Assembly: GCA_964016885.1 (NCBI GenBank)
Contig: OZ024741.1
Location: 211,544,001-211,608,000, forward strand
Length of the DNA: 64,000 bases
Direction: 5' to 3'
Origin: Eledone cirrhosa
Taxonomy: Eukaryota
Shown: in pieces, positions 29,401 to 46,849 of the stretch
How positions within the stretch are numbered: position 1 is the stretch's first letter
How the letters are laid out: every line of letters begins with the position of its first letter
Translations under genes and position numbers: made by a program
The notes under the pieces: generated by a model
What the model was told of the DNA's origin: nothing
Database searches by the model: none
The model's input: only the letters and a program-made list of their open reading frames with translations

Positions 29401-30350
29401 TGATAATGTTTTTGAGAATTATGTTAGTCTTGTGTATTATCTTTTGGTTCTGTTTGGAGTTCTGGATCTTAGGGAGGGTATCTCGTTGCCCCATGTCAGA
29501 TTCTTTCATTTTCATCCATTCGATCATAATTTCATCCTTCAAGTTGGCAAGTTCATTCTCATTCATTTCTTTATCATTTACGATCTCATTATTTTCATTT
29601 GGAGTTTCATCCTGAGCATGCACTCCCTCCACTTTTTCGATCCTTTCTTTAATTTGTTCTGTTGCCAGTGATTCCGCCCCAACCCTGGGGTTCCAAGTGT
29701 TACAGTTTACCTCGTTTTCACTGACACATGTTTCATTTTCCCTTCGCTGACTTTGTGCTTGATCTGATCAATTTCTGTATCAGTTAGTAACTTTTTTCTT
29801 ACAATATTTCTTCGTATATTGGCTAGTTTGTTACTATCAATATAGTCTCTGTTTTCGGGATGTTTCTTTTTCCAGTTGATATATGTCTGTTCTGTATTCG
29901 ATGTATTTGATGGGTAGTACATGGCAGTGTAGAAAGCCTCAAGGACTTCTTTATTATCTTCCCTTGACCATTTTTCTCTCTTTTTCTTTGGATTTCTTGG
30001 TGGTGAGCATGGAGGGCCAACAGTAGGAGTATTCCGGTTATGGGAGGTCTCCAGCTCCGAAGTGATGGGAAGGTTTGAACCATTAGCTGATTTTTCGACC
30101 CCAGTCTGGTTTCTCTCTGAGGGACGCGGCCCTTTTTTACCCGGGTGACGGCCGATCCGGTATGAGATTTTATCATTAGACATTTACTTTATTTTGTCGC
30201 GTTTTATCCTTATCCGCCAAGGGGTAATCATTTCGTGTTACCACTTCTAGAACGAGTGTCAACCAAGACTAGAGGGGTCGTTCTCCCCTAGAGACACGGC
30301 TATTCCCCGCCGGCCGCCATCCCGGTATTTCTTGGTCACGGGGTTTTCTT
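26379..30350 (-). mobile_element. R4/Dong-like non-LTR retrotransposon A, apparently full length, frameshifted
   Basis: KNYRPITCL, GIFQGDSLSPLLF, YMDD, CRVC..ETIDHI..C, RHD, RPDII REL endonuclease; (TAA)n tail 26379-26416. Confidence 0.92.
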
Positions 30351-30830
30351 TTTGTTGTTTTTTTAAAATTGTTATTATCATGAGTGGTTCCTTAATGTGA
30401 GCATTGCGTGGCTTAAGAATGAAATTATTAATAATCGTCCAGGCACAAGGCCAGCAATCACCCAGTGCATTACAATAATATAATATACTTTTAGCTGTAG
30501 TTGCCTGTTATTGTTGTTGGCTATGTCGGTGGTGGTGCCGGGGCTTTTTATATTGTTGGTGAGTAAGGGGTGAGCCAGCAGTCCCATAGTTGTTGCTGTT
30601 GACGTTTGGCCGGTGGCCAGGTCACTAAGTCAATCTATTTATATCTTTTGCTAGCCTCTCCCTTGTCTAGTGATACCGCCACCTTCCCCTTTCTCTCTCA
30701 AGTTAACAGGGGAATAGTGGTGGTAGCAATGAAGGAGTGGTGGCAGCGGCGATGGGATAGTGGTAGCAAGATAATGGATGGGGTGGTGGCGTTATGGTTA
30801 CTGGGTTTTGTGTTATGTAGTATCTATTAG

Positions 30831-33800
30831 TATTATTATTATTATTATTATTGTTGTTATTCCTTGAATCTCAGTCATTGATGTTGGTTAACTGGAAAGT
30901 CCGTTGGATTGAATATCAAGCCACTACCTGCAGCCTCAGATATTCAGGACGTATCGGAGGGTTCTTGCTGTTCCAAGCAAGCATGCCTTTTGAAGCGTTC
31001 CAAAAAGCGTGAAGGGGCCGATTTTCTTTAACCATCCCTGGAAACTTTTGGAGATAGTCCCCAGTGCGCCTATGACAATCGGGATCACTTTGACTTCATG
31101 GCAGTTCCAGATCCTTTTCACCTCCCACTTTAGGTCCTGGTATCGGTTAATTTTCTCCCTCTCCTTCTCTTGCACTCCCGTGTCGAACGGGCAGGCCACA
31201 TCCACAATCAGACACGATCTTTGTTCTTTGTCCACAACCACCAGGTCAGGTCTATTGTGTTCCAGTTTTTTGTCCGTCTGTATCCTAAAATCCCACAGCA
31301 CCTTCACCTGATTGTTCTCCATCACCGCCTCTGGCCTATGCTCATACCATTTCTCAGAATGTGGTAAATTGTTTACTTTGCACAGGTGCCAGTGGATCAC
31401 CCTGCCCATCACATCGTGTCTCCAGCCCTTATAGTGGGTCTGGGCTAGGTGTTTACACTCGGACACAATGTGAGCCACAGTCTCCTCTCTCTCTCCACAG
31501 ATCCTGCACAGTGGGCTAGCCTCCTCCTTGTAGATATGGTGCTTCAACCACTTCGTTTTGAGGGCCTGCTCCTGCGCAGCCATTAGCATTCCTTCTGTAG
31601 CCTTTTTGAGGTCTCCTCTTCTCAACCAGTTCCATGTCTGTGGATCTCTAAATTCAGTTTTCTCAAAGAAGGTACTATGAATGGATTTTCCCTTAAGGCT
31701 GCTCTTCCTCCTTGATGATATTTCCTCCTTGGACATCCCCTGGCATACTGTCCCCTCCTTCAGTACAGTTCTGAGCATTGGCTCCTTACTATAGGTCACG
31801 TATTTGTATAGGTTGTTTTTCTCCATCCGAACACAGTGCTCTATGCTGATAAGACCTCTTCCACCCTCAGATCTCCTTAGGTAGAGTCTATCGACATCAC
31901 TCCTCTTGTGGAACATGTTGTAGATAGTCAATAGCTTCCTAGTCTTCCTATCCATTTCTTTTTGTTCAGCAACATTCCATCTCAGAATTCCCGCACTGTA
32001 CCTAATAATAGACACAGCTCGGGAATTTACTGCGCTTATGGCATTTCTGCTGTTCAGATGTGACTTCAATACGCTCCTTACTCTCCGAATGTATTCAGTT
32101 CTTAACAATTCCTTCATTTTTTTGTTCTTTATGCCATCAGCCTCCAGAACGCCCAAATACTTGTATCCTTCCTCAGAGTCAATTTCCTTTATCATCTCAC
32201 CTGTTGGTATCTGGATCCCGTTACTTCTGCTCAACCTACCCCTCTTCATCACAATGACTCCACATTTACCAATACCAAACTGCATACATATATCACTGCT
32301 GAAAATACGGACAGTGTCAACAAGCACATCCAACTCCTTCTCACTTTTCCCGAAGAGCTTAAGATCGTCCATGAAGAGGAGGTGATTGATGGTAAGCTCT
32401 CCCCTTCCCAACTTGTATCCTGCTCTCACTTTTCGCAGCATAATGGTCAAGGAAATCAGGGCAAGGACAAACAACAGAGGGGACAGGCTATCTCCCTGGA
32501 AGATACCTCTCTTGATCTTCACGCTTCCCAAGGAAGTTGATGTCAACTCTGTCTCCCAGGACCCCATACTCCTGCCTAGCAACTGTCTGATGTTATCTGC
32601 CACCTTGAAGATCTCCAGGCTTTTGGTGATCCAGGAATGGGGCACCATGTCAAATGCCTTTCTGTAGTCTATCCATCCCATGGCAAGATCAGTGTGTCTC
32701 CTCCTGCAATTTCCCATTACCATCTTATCAATAAGCAACTGGTCCTTTGTACCACGTGACTTCTTTCGGCATCCTTTCTGTTCGTCCGGTAACAAGTTGT
32801 TTGTGTGGAGGTGATGGTAGATTTCCTCAGACACAATGCTCGTCAACAATTTCCACATTACGGACAGACATGTGATAGGTCTATAGTTGGTAACATCATT
32901 ACCCTTGATTCGGTCTTTCATTATCAGAACTGTGGTACCTTTTGTCAACCACTCTGGCACCTCACCCGACACCAAGCAGTCATTGAACATGGCCGTCAGC
33001 TTCGGGTGGAGGGATGTTAAATGTTTAATCCAATACCCCTGCACACCATCTGGGCCTGGTGATTTCCAGTTGGTTAGTTTTTTGGCCTGCCCCTTAAGAG
33101 TTTCAACTGTGATACTCAACTCAGTTTGTTGTTGTGCCTGCTCACCGATCTCCCTCTGTACTGTCTCAATCCACCCTGCCTGGGCATTGTGTCTAACATC
33201 CTGCTCCCATATTCCTCTCCAGAATGTTTTAGTTTGCTCCGCCCCAGGGATCAAGTCGTTGCCTCTTTCTTTGCCCTCAAGCTGTCCAAACAGCATCTTC
33301 TGGTTGTTGTCGAACATGCGGTTCTGTTTATACTGACTGACTCTGTTCTCGTATCGCCTGATTTTTGCACTCTTTGCTACAATGCGTTGCTTCAGTTCCT
33401 CTATGATAATATTTAGCTTTTTACTCCTAGTTTTGTATTTTATTTCCAGTCTATTTTTAGTGCCTATGTTTTTTAGTGTCCCATTCAGTAGTGACTCAAG
33501 CTTTCCTATGTCATTTCTCATTTCCCCGATTTGCCCACTCAGTCGCTTCTTCCACCACGGCTCTGCTCTTTCTTGTCTGTTGTTTCCTCTCGCTTTTATA
33601 CCAAGTAGTTTCCTCACCGTATTTGCTGTTGCTTTGAGGATATTGTTGCACTGGTGAAGGCTCCTCGCCTCAAGGTATGGGATGACTTTGTTTACCTTAG
33701 CTGTTGTTTCTTTTAACTTTTTCCTGTCTACAAATCTTAGGTTCATAGGTCTCCCACTATCATTGTTCAATTCATCTACCACTAAATTTAGGATGTCAAC

Positions 33801-34480
33801 CGAATCTTGTCCTAGCCCGTCAGCATTCATCTCCTCAGTGGCCGTATCTCTGTTCCAGGTATTATTTATCTCAGTATTCAGATCATTGTCTGCTTCGGGT
33901 GGTTCCTCCGTTCTCAGGACCTCTTCACCTTCATTTCCCACTGGCTCGCTTGTCTGGCATACTACACCCGCCATCTCCAAGCCATTCTCTCTGCTCAGTT
34001 CCTCCAGTTCCAGCTCGCTTATCCATCCATTAGTTCTTATTACCCGAGCCTGCCCGGCCAATTTTTGTTCATCTAATTTAAATAAACCAATCTCGTTCCA
34101 GATGTTATGCATCCGTCTCCTGTAGCCCCTCTCCTTGGGGTTACTTTTCAGGTAACATTGCATAACAGTTCTATTCAATTCTTTCGTCCAGTTGGTTCTG
34201 GCCCCTTTCCTTCTTCTCCTTCCTCCAACATCAGCAGTATTTGGTTGACAGTCAGGTTCCTGCTGCTGAGCCAGGGGGCACCTGTTGGGTGAGAGTCTGT
34301 CACATGACGTTCTAGACTCCATTTCACCGTTATTCGAACTGTTTATGTTCGACATTTAAACACTCTTATCGAGGATTAGCGAATGTATGGTTACATATCC
34401 ATCTGTGGATCCGCCATTCCACTTGGCCCTTGTGTGGCATTATCACCACGCTGTATACGAACACACATAAACAAACAAAC
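30831..34480 (-). mobile_element. R4/Dong-like non-LTR retrotransposon B, full-length ORF
   Basis: Single ORF, short 3' UTR, (TAA)n tail; 5' boundary approximate. Confidence 0.93.
30936..34355 (-). CDS. 1139-aa RT + CCHC zinc knuckle + restriction-like endonuclease polyprotein
   Basis: QGDSLSPLLF, FMDD, CRIC..ETVAHIVSEC, RHD, RPDLVVVD..IVDV..EKINRY; uninterrupted ORF. Confidence 0.93.
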   Translation of the reverse strand: MSNINSSNNGEMESRTSCDRLSPNRCPLAQQQEPDCQPNTADVGGRRRRKGARTNWTKELNRTVMQCYLKSNPKERGYRRRMHNIWNEIGLFKLDEQKLAGQARVIRTNGWISELELEELSRENGLEMAGVVCQTSEPVGNEGEEVLRTEEPPEADNDLNTEINNTWNRDTATEEMNADGLGQDSVDILNLVVDELNNDSGRPMNLRFVDRKKLKETTAKVNKVIPYLEARSLHQCNNILKATANTVRKLLGIKARGNNRQERAEPWWKKRLSGQIGEMRNDIGKLESLLNGTLKNIGTKNRLEIKYKTRSKKLNIIIEELKQRIVAKSAKIRRYENRVSQYKQNRMFDNNQKMLFGQLEGKERGNDLIPGAEQTKTFWRGIWEQDVRHNAQAGWIETVQREIGEQAQQQTELSITVETLKGQAKKLTNWKSPGPDGVQGYWIKHLTSLHPKLTAMFNDCLVSGEVPEWLTKGTTVLIMKDRIKGNDVTNYRPITCLSVMWKLLTSIVSEEIYHHLHTNNLLPDEQKGCRKKSRGTKDQLLIDKMVMGNCRRRHTDLAMGWIDYRKAFDMVPHSWITKSLEIFKVADNIRQLLGRSMGSWETELTSTSLGSVKIKRGIFQGDSLSPLLFVLALISLTIMLRKVRAGYKLGRGELTINHLLFMDDLKLFGKSEKELDVLVDTVRIFSSDICMQFGIGKCGVIVMKRGRLSRSNGIQIPTGEMIKEIDSEEGYKYLGVLEADGIKNKKMKELLRTEYIRRVRSVLKSHLNSRNAISAVNSRAVSIIRYSAGILRWNVAEQKEMDRKTRKLLTIYNMFHKRSDVDRLYLRRSEGGRGLISIEHCVRMEKNNLYKYVTYSKEPMLRTVLKEGTVCQGMSKEEISSRRKSSLKGKSIHSTFFEKTEFRDPQTWNWLRRGDLKKATEGMLMAAQEQALKTKWLKHHIYKEEASPLCRICGEREETVAHIVSECKHLAQTHYKGWRHDVMGRVIHWHLCKVNNLPHSEKWYEHRPEAVMENNQVKVLWDFRIQTDKKLEHNRPDLVVVDKEQRSCLIVDVACPFDTGVQEKEREKINRYQDLKWEVKRIWNCHEVKVIPIVIGALGTISKSFQGWLKKIGPFTLFGTLQKACLLGTARTLRYVLNI

Positions 34481-35392
34481 ACACGGGCAGAAAGGGCCCC
34501 AAAAATGAATAAGCATAAGTTTCATTGTAATGTAGTGTTCGAATGTCTGACTTAGTTTTTGTTTTTTAAGTTTTAGTTTTTCCCCCCTCTTCTCTGTCCG
34601 TCCGCCTGCTTCTCTCTTCATTCTTATTTTCTCTACGTTTTGGGGGTTTCTTTTTTTGTTTTTGTTTTTCTCTGTTTGTTTTTCTCGTTTTTGCTGTTGT
34701 TGCTGTGCTGCTTTGGTTTTGTTGTTTGTTTTTTCTTTTATCTTTTGAGTCTATCTATATATTTTGATGCCTTCCTCTTTGTTAGCAGTAGGAATTCTAT
34801 AATGTGGAAGTAGCAGCCAGCAGGGAGAAGTGGGAGACTGGCGGCGGTAGCGATACTGAGACAGTGGTGGTGGTGATGTCGATACCGAGGCAGTGGTGGC
34901 GGTGATGTGACCGTATTACTGTAGTGATGGTGCTGTAGCGGTGGCAGCAGTGAAGGAGTGAAGGGGTGGTGGCGGCGGTGATGGGATAATGGTGGTAATG
35001 ATGGCCGTAGTGAGCGGTTGAAAATGCCGTTATCTGGCTGTTGTCTTTAGTGTACACGGATGATGGGGTTGGTGGTGTATCTAGTTTCTGGTGTTGGTGA
35101 GTTTGGCTGTCCTATATAGTGTAGACAGAGGAGGGGGGGGGGGTTCTTCTTCCATTTATAGCCATTTTCTTTTTTGGATATACAGTGTACAATGCAAAGT
35201 TGAATATTTGAATATTTGAGCCTTATAACAATATATTTTGGGTCTGAATTTTTTGGGGGCTCAAGCCGGGTGCGTTACGTAGCATTTGTACTAAGAGTTG
35301 TTATTTCACAAATGATTTAAATATGTTAAATATTCAAAACTTACGGGAGCGATTTCATGACCTCCGTCACCTCGTGCGTCTTCTTCCCTTAT

Positions 35393-37975
35393 AATTATTA
35401 TTATTATTATTATTGTTATTGTTATTCCTTGAATCTCAGTCATTGATGTTGGTTAACTGGAAAGTCCGTTGGATTGAATATCAAGCCACTACCTGCAGCC
35501 TCAGATATTCAGGACGTATCGGAGGGTTCTTGCTGTTCCAAGCAAGCATGCCTTTTGAAGCGTTCCAAAAAGCGTGAAGGGGCCGATTTTCTTTAACCAT
35601 CCCTGGAAACCTTTGGAGATAGTCCCCAGTGCGCCTATGACAATCGGGATCACTTTGACTTCATGGCAGTTCCAAATCCTTTTCACCTCCCACTTTAGGT
35701 CCTGGTATCGGTTAATTTTCTCCCTCTCCTTCTCTTGCACTCTCGTGTCGAACGGGCAGGCCACATCCACAATCAGGCACGATCTTTTTTCTTTGTCCAC
35801 AACCACCAGGTCAGGTCTATTGTGTTCCAGTTTTTTGTCCGTCTGTATCCTAAAATCCCACAGCACCTTCACCTGACTGTTCTCCATCACCGCCTCTGGC
35901 CTATGCTCATACCATTTCTCAGAATGTGGTAGATTGTTTACTTTGCACAGGTGCCAGTGGATCACCCTGCCCATCACATCGTGTCTCCAGCCCTTATAGT
36001 GGGTCTGGGCTAGGTGTTTACACTCGGACACAATGTGAGCCACAGTCTCCTCTCTCTCTCCACAGATCCTGCACAGTGGGCTAGCCTCCTCCTTGTAGAT
36101 ATGGTGCTTCAACCACTTCGTTTTGAGGGCCTGCTCCTGCGCAGCCATTAGCATTCCTTCTGTAGCCTTTTTGAGGTCTCCTCTTCTCAACCAGTTCCAT
36201 GTCTGTGGATCTCTAAATTCAGTTTTCTCAAAGAAGGTACTATGAAGGGATTTTCCCTTAAGGCTGCTCTTCCTCCTTGATGTTATTTCCTCCTTGGACA
36301 TCCCCTGGCCTACTGTCCCCTCCTTCAGTACAGTTCTGAGCATTGGCTCCTTACTATAGGTCACGTATTTGTATAGGTTGTTTTTCTCCATCTGAACACA
36401 GTCCTCTATGCTGATAAGACCTCTTCCACCCTCAGATCTCCTTAGGTAGAGTCTATCGACATCACTCCTCTTGTGGAACATGTTGTAGATAGTCAATAGC
36501 TTCCTAGTCTTCCTATCCATTTCTTTTTGTTCAGCAACATTCCATCTCAGAATTCCCGCACTGTACCTAATAATAGACACAGCTCGGGAATTTACTGCGC
36601 TTATGGCATTTCTGCTGTTCAGATGTGACTTCAATACGCTCCTTACTCTCCGAATGTATTCAGTTCTTAACAATTCCTTCATTTTTTTGTTCTTTATGCC
36701 ATCAGCCTCCAGAACGCCCAAATACTTGTATCCTTCCTCAGAGTCAATTTCCTTTATCATCTCACCTGTTGGTATCTGGATCCCGTTACTTCTGCTCAAC
36801 ATACCCCTCTTCATCACAATGACTCCACATTTACCAATACCAAACTGCATACATATATCACTGCTGAAAATACGGACAGTGTCAACAAGCACATCCAACT
36901 CCTTCTCACTTTTCCCGAAGAGCTTAAGATCGTCCATGAAGAGGAGGTGATTGATGGTAAGCTCTCCCCTTCCCAACTTGTATCCTGCTCTCACTTTTCG
37001 CAGCATAATGGTCAAGGGCATCAGGGCAAGGACAAACAACAGAGGGGACAGGCTATCTCCCTGGAAGATACCTCTCTTGATCTTCACGCTTCCCAAGGAT
37101 ACTCCAGTTGATGTCAACTCTGTCTCCCAGGACTCCATACTCCTGTCCAGCAACTGTCTGATGTTATCTGCCACCCTGAAGACCTCCAGGCTTTTGGTGA
37201 TCCAGGAATGAGGCACCATGTCAAATGCCTTTCTGTAGTCTATCCATCCCATGGCAAGATCAGTGTGTCTCCTCCTGCAATTCCCCATTACCATCTTATC
37301 AATAAGCAACTGGTCCTTTGTACCACGTGACTTCTTTCGGCATCCTTTCTGTTCGTCCGGTAACAAGTTGTTTGTGTGGAGGTGATGGTAGATTTCCTCA
37401 GACACAATGCTCGTCAACAGTTTCCACATTACGGGCAGACATGTGATAGGTCTATAGTTGGTAACATCATTACCCTTGATTCGGTCTTTCATTATCAGAA
37501 CTGTGGTACCTTTTGTCAACCACTCTGGCACCTCACCCGACCCCAAGCAGTCATTGAACATGGCCGTCAGCTTCGGGTGGAGGGATGTTAAATGTTTAAT
37601 CCAATACCCCTGCACACCATCTGGGCCTGGTGATTTCCAGTTGGTTAGTTTTTTGGCTTGCCCCTTAAGAGTTTCAACTGTGATACTTAAATCAGTCTGT
37701 TGTTGTGCCTTCTCACCGATCTCCCTCTGTACTGTCTCAATCCACCCTGCCTGGGCATTGTGTCTAACATCCTGCTCCCATATTCCTCTCCAGAATGTTT
37801 TAGCTTGTTCCGCCCCAGGGATCAAGTCGTTGCCTCTTTCTTTCCCCTCAAGCTGTCCAAACAGCATCTTCTGGTTGTTGTCGAACATGCGGTTCTGTTT
37901 ATACTGACTGACTCTGTTCTCGTATCGCCTGATTTTGGCACTCTTTGCTACAATGCGTTGCTTCAATTCCTCTAT
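35393..37975 (-). mobile_element. R4/Dong-like copy C, 5'-truncated sister of B, with (TAA)n at both ends
   Basis: Nearly identical to 30831-33405; ORF open from 35501 to 37975; (TAT)n at 37976-38067. Confidence 0.93.
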
Positions 37976-37976
37976 G

Positions 37977-38044
<68 letters not shown>

Positions 38045-38054
<10 letters not shown>

Positions 38055-38339
38055 ATTATTATTATTATTCTCCACATTCCTAACATCAAAATAAATATGT
38101 TGACAATCTTTTAATAATGTCTTCCTTGTGAAGTTTGTGGTCTTGTCTTGCTTAACTAATGCATTTTTCAGCTCTGCGCACCTAACTTCTGCATGAACCC
38201 AGCCACCTAGCTGCTTTCTATTGCATATTGCACATTGAGCACATGCCTTTACGCTTTGGCTTCTAACTAACTCACCTATCTCTCCTCTCATATCTCCTCT
38301 ACTATCTCCATCTCTCTCTTTAAGATTGGTCACTCTTGA

Positions 38340-38340
<1 letters not shown>
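38045..38340 (-). repeat. 3' end of an unidentified dispersed repeat with (AAT)n tail; second copy at 26012-26128 (+)
   Basis: Shared ttaagcaagacaagacc...cacaaggaagacattattaaaagattgtcaacatatt...aataataataatattaataat. Confidence 0.7.
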
Positions 38341-39712
<1,372 letters not shown>

Positions 39713-40255
39713 TTGATGTGTATGTATGTGTATGTGTGTACACATGGACTAGAGTATGTATGTATATATGTGTGTGTCTATACGTGTGTATATATAAAGA
39801 TAAGTTGAGTATGAAAATGTATACACATGAGCGCGTATGTATGTACATGAATACAAGTGTGTATATATATGTGTATGCATGTGTATATATATGTAAGTAT
39901 GAATATGTGAATTGTGAGTAAATGTATTTTGTAGAGGTGTGCAAATATATTTGTGTGTGAATGCGTGGGTGAAAGAATACGTACACTTGAAAGAAAAATT
40001 TAAGTCTGAATGTTAAGTGCAAACACAAAACCAACCACGCATATCTTTACTATCTCTAATCCTTCTATAGATTTAGAAAAATAACCAATAATATATTCTA
40101 TAAAAAATGTCAAAACAACAGATGGGAATCTAATTAATCACTGCCACCAAGAATTCTCACTGCTATCGAAAAACCACTCCTTCAACTATTCTTCTAACAA
40201 CTTCACCCCTTCCTCCTAATATTCTCTATAAAAACTAAATAGGTCCTCAGTAATA

Positions 40256-40372
40256 TTATTCTGATGAAATGACAGTAAACAATAACATTGAAATATTGAA
40301 TGTCTGCATAACTAAAAGTTTGTAGATAGCTGTTTTAGGTTATGTAACTGTTATAGAAACACGTGTCAATAA
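40256..40372 (+). ncRNA. Hammerhead ribozyme, family H (88-nt stem II)
   Basis: ttatt CTGATGA a-atgacagt...actgttat-a GAAA cacgtg TC aataa; TATAAAAA at 40227. Confidence 0.78.
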
Positions 40373-40512
40373 ATCCCTTTCAACTAAACTGTATCCATTC
40401 AAATCTTTCTATATATATATATATATATATATATACATACATATACACATATCTCTACGTGAGCTGATAATCTACTGTGTGTAATATTTATATTACAACA
40501 CAACGGAAAAAA

Positions 40513-43911
<3,399 letters not shown>

Positions 43912-43964
43912 TAGGTAGGGTGTGAGGGAGGTAATTCTTGTAAATGTTTGATTGTTTGTTGCAG

Positions 43965-44545
43965 TTTTAGATTGGTCCGATTTTTAGAGCATTAAGTAGG
44001 GGTTGAAATTTATTAATGAAATATGTTTCTTTATTGGTACGTTGGATGAAAGTAGCGTTGTCTATGGATTTGTAAATGGGGAACATTTTAAAGTTTGGAT
44101 GTTGGTTGACAGCACAATTGGCTATATGTTCACTAAATGCAATCTTTCTGTATTCCTGTATTTTAATTTGTGATTTTTGGACGGTCATACGTTGATGGAG
44201 GCTGTTTTTCGTCTGTCCTATGTAGTGCTCTTGACAACCTCAGCAGGTCAAAACATACATAAAGTTTCCAGATGCACATGTAAAGTTGTGTTTAACTGTG
44301 AAACGTTGTCCTTGTTTAAAATGGAATGTTGAACCTTCTATTAGATTTATGCATATGGCACAGTTGGGCCTTCCGCATTTTGTTACTGTAGGTTTCATTG
44401 TGAGGGTTTGTTGGATTTTGGCTTGTGTGAGGATGTTTTTTATGGATTTGGGTTGTCTTTTGCTCTTTATGATGTTGTGTGTTTGTAGGATATTGTTCAT
44501 TCTTGGGTCTCTTTTTAGTAAAGGAATGTTCTGGAGGATGGTGTC
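43965..44545 (-). mobile_element. Neptune-like PLE GIY-YIG endonuclease fragment
   Basis: KCGRPNCAIC, HNFTCASGNFMYVLTC*GCQEHYIGQT, ETYFINKFQPLLN. Confidence 0.75.
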
Positions 44546-44711
44546 CTCAAGATAAATAAATAAACAAATAAATCAACTAATACCTTAACACTTCACACAA
44601 AGTAAAACATTTCGTTTTAATCAGTTTCTAACCAAGAAAAAAGAGAGAGAGAAACAAAATAGGAAAAAAAAATATTTTTCTTCCTAATAATCGTCTCTTT
44701 CGCCCTGTTTT

Positions 44712-44770
<59 letters not shown>

Positions 44771-45556
44771 TTAAGGATACTATTTATGGTTATGTATGTA
44801 ATAAAACCTTTAATGGTAATATATTATTTATACAAACCTTAAATAGTGAAAGATAGTCATTAATTACTATCCTATTACCAGTAAGATAAATAGCTCAATG
44901 TAATAACATCAGTTGTTTTACGGAATCTAAACAGCATGATCTATTAATTAAGAACCGACTAGATACGGTATATAACTTGATTATATGCCGAACCATCGTG
45001 AGTTATACGATAGACACGTGTTCTATATATTGCGTCTCATGGATTATGTGAGTGGTGAGCGAAGACAGTGGTACGGCTTTGCCTACGATACAATAAGGTT
45101 TATAGTATGTTGAAAGTTTCTGATATTTTGGTGTTTCCCTGCATCCGGGACTGTATATCATACAGATGTATGCGTATAAATGACTTAATAATTCATGCCA
45201 CATAATAAGATCGATTGCCTGCTTCAACTGCCTGACCCTGCAAATATCATTCTGACGCACTCTAATCATGTATAAATAAGACACGCGTGCATGCTACACG
45301 TGAGATTGTTTCATACACGGACTACTCTAAACTTTCCTCTTGCTTTATCTTCATAGACTGCCAACGCTTCATGTTTATCTTTATTTTCCTTTTTGTTTTT
45401 ATTTTTATTTTTATTTTTATCCTGTAACCTGTATATGTAAATTGCCATGCTATACCATTTGATGAATGTCACCCCACTGTTGATCAATATGCGCATATGT
45501 TTTATATGTCTCTTGGGTTGAAAAGGAGGTCAAGTATGTTATAGATCAGTAAATAG

Positions 45557-45605
45557 TTGCTCCGAAGAATCCAAACCTCGGTTTGGAGGAAACAATTGTA
45601 AGCAA
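45557..45605 (+). ncRNA. Hammerhead ribozyme, family I (U4C core variant)
   Basis: ttgct CCGAAGA a-tccaaacc-tc-ggtttgga-g GAAA caattg TA agcaa, then AATAAA. Confidence 0.7.
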
Positions 45606-45639
45606 ATAAATGACTTAAACTGAACTTTGATTATTGTAA

Positions 45640-45719
<80 letters not shown>

Positions 45720-45987
45720 TGTATAGGAAGCGAATATATAAGTGTCTCTTATTATTAGTTGATGAAACTATACAGATAAGTTATCGCCACCAAACATGAG
45801 CTCATGCTTACGTATAGACAAAATACGCACACACATTCACACATACATCGCCCCATACATACAGAAACACAAATATATATATATATATATGAATATATAT
45901 ATGAATATATATATAAATATATATATACATGCATATATATATACATACATATATATATATATAAATTTATATATATATATATATATA

Positions 45988-46283
<296 letters not shown>

Positions 46284-46849
46284 TATATATATACACATAT
46301 ACAATATACATATACAATATACATATACATACATTGTATATAACATAGATAAATGTATATATACATACATATAAACATACATATAAATATACATAGAAAC
46401 ATACATATAAACATACATATATACATACATATAAACACGTTTACAAATCTATATACACACACACAAAAAAAAATATTTTTTAATCACTGAGAATTTACTA
46501 ATTAAAATATTCGGAGCAGAAATAATTGGGCATGATGGTTTGAGTAAAAACAACAAACAAGACAAATAAAGAACATAAAAGTAAAGGACTAATAATAAAT
46601 AAAACACATCCAAGACTAACAAGAAAACTAAGAATAAATAAATAGAAGACGAGCTAACTACCTAAGTATGGAAGCCTTGCTTGCTACAATATACCTGAGA
46701 GCTACAAACAAATGCATTAGGTACGTGATGTGTACCAGAAGACCTGGTAATATGAAAGAAAATATAACGGAAGAGTATGAAAGAGGATGAAGAAACATGA
46801 CACTGAGCATAGAATGTGTTTAAGGAAGGAAATAACAGTATGTGTTTAT

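Noticed and set aside
37976-38089. Poly-Ile N-terminus of ORF 35501-38089 as a membrane anchor
   Set aside because: Read-through of the (TAA)n target tract upstream of a 5'-truncated LINE
44240-44242. In-frame TGA in the PLE endonuclease as possible selenocysteine (as in Naiad PLEs)
   Set aside because: It falls at an x position of CxxC (C*GC), not at a Cys; CGA>TGA decay is simpler, and no SECIS was recognised
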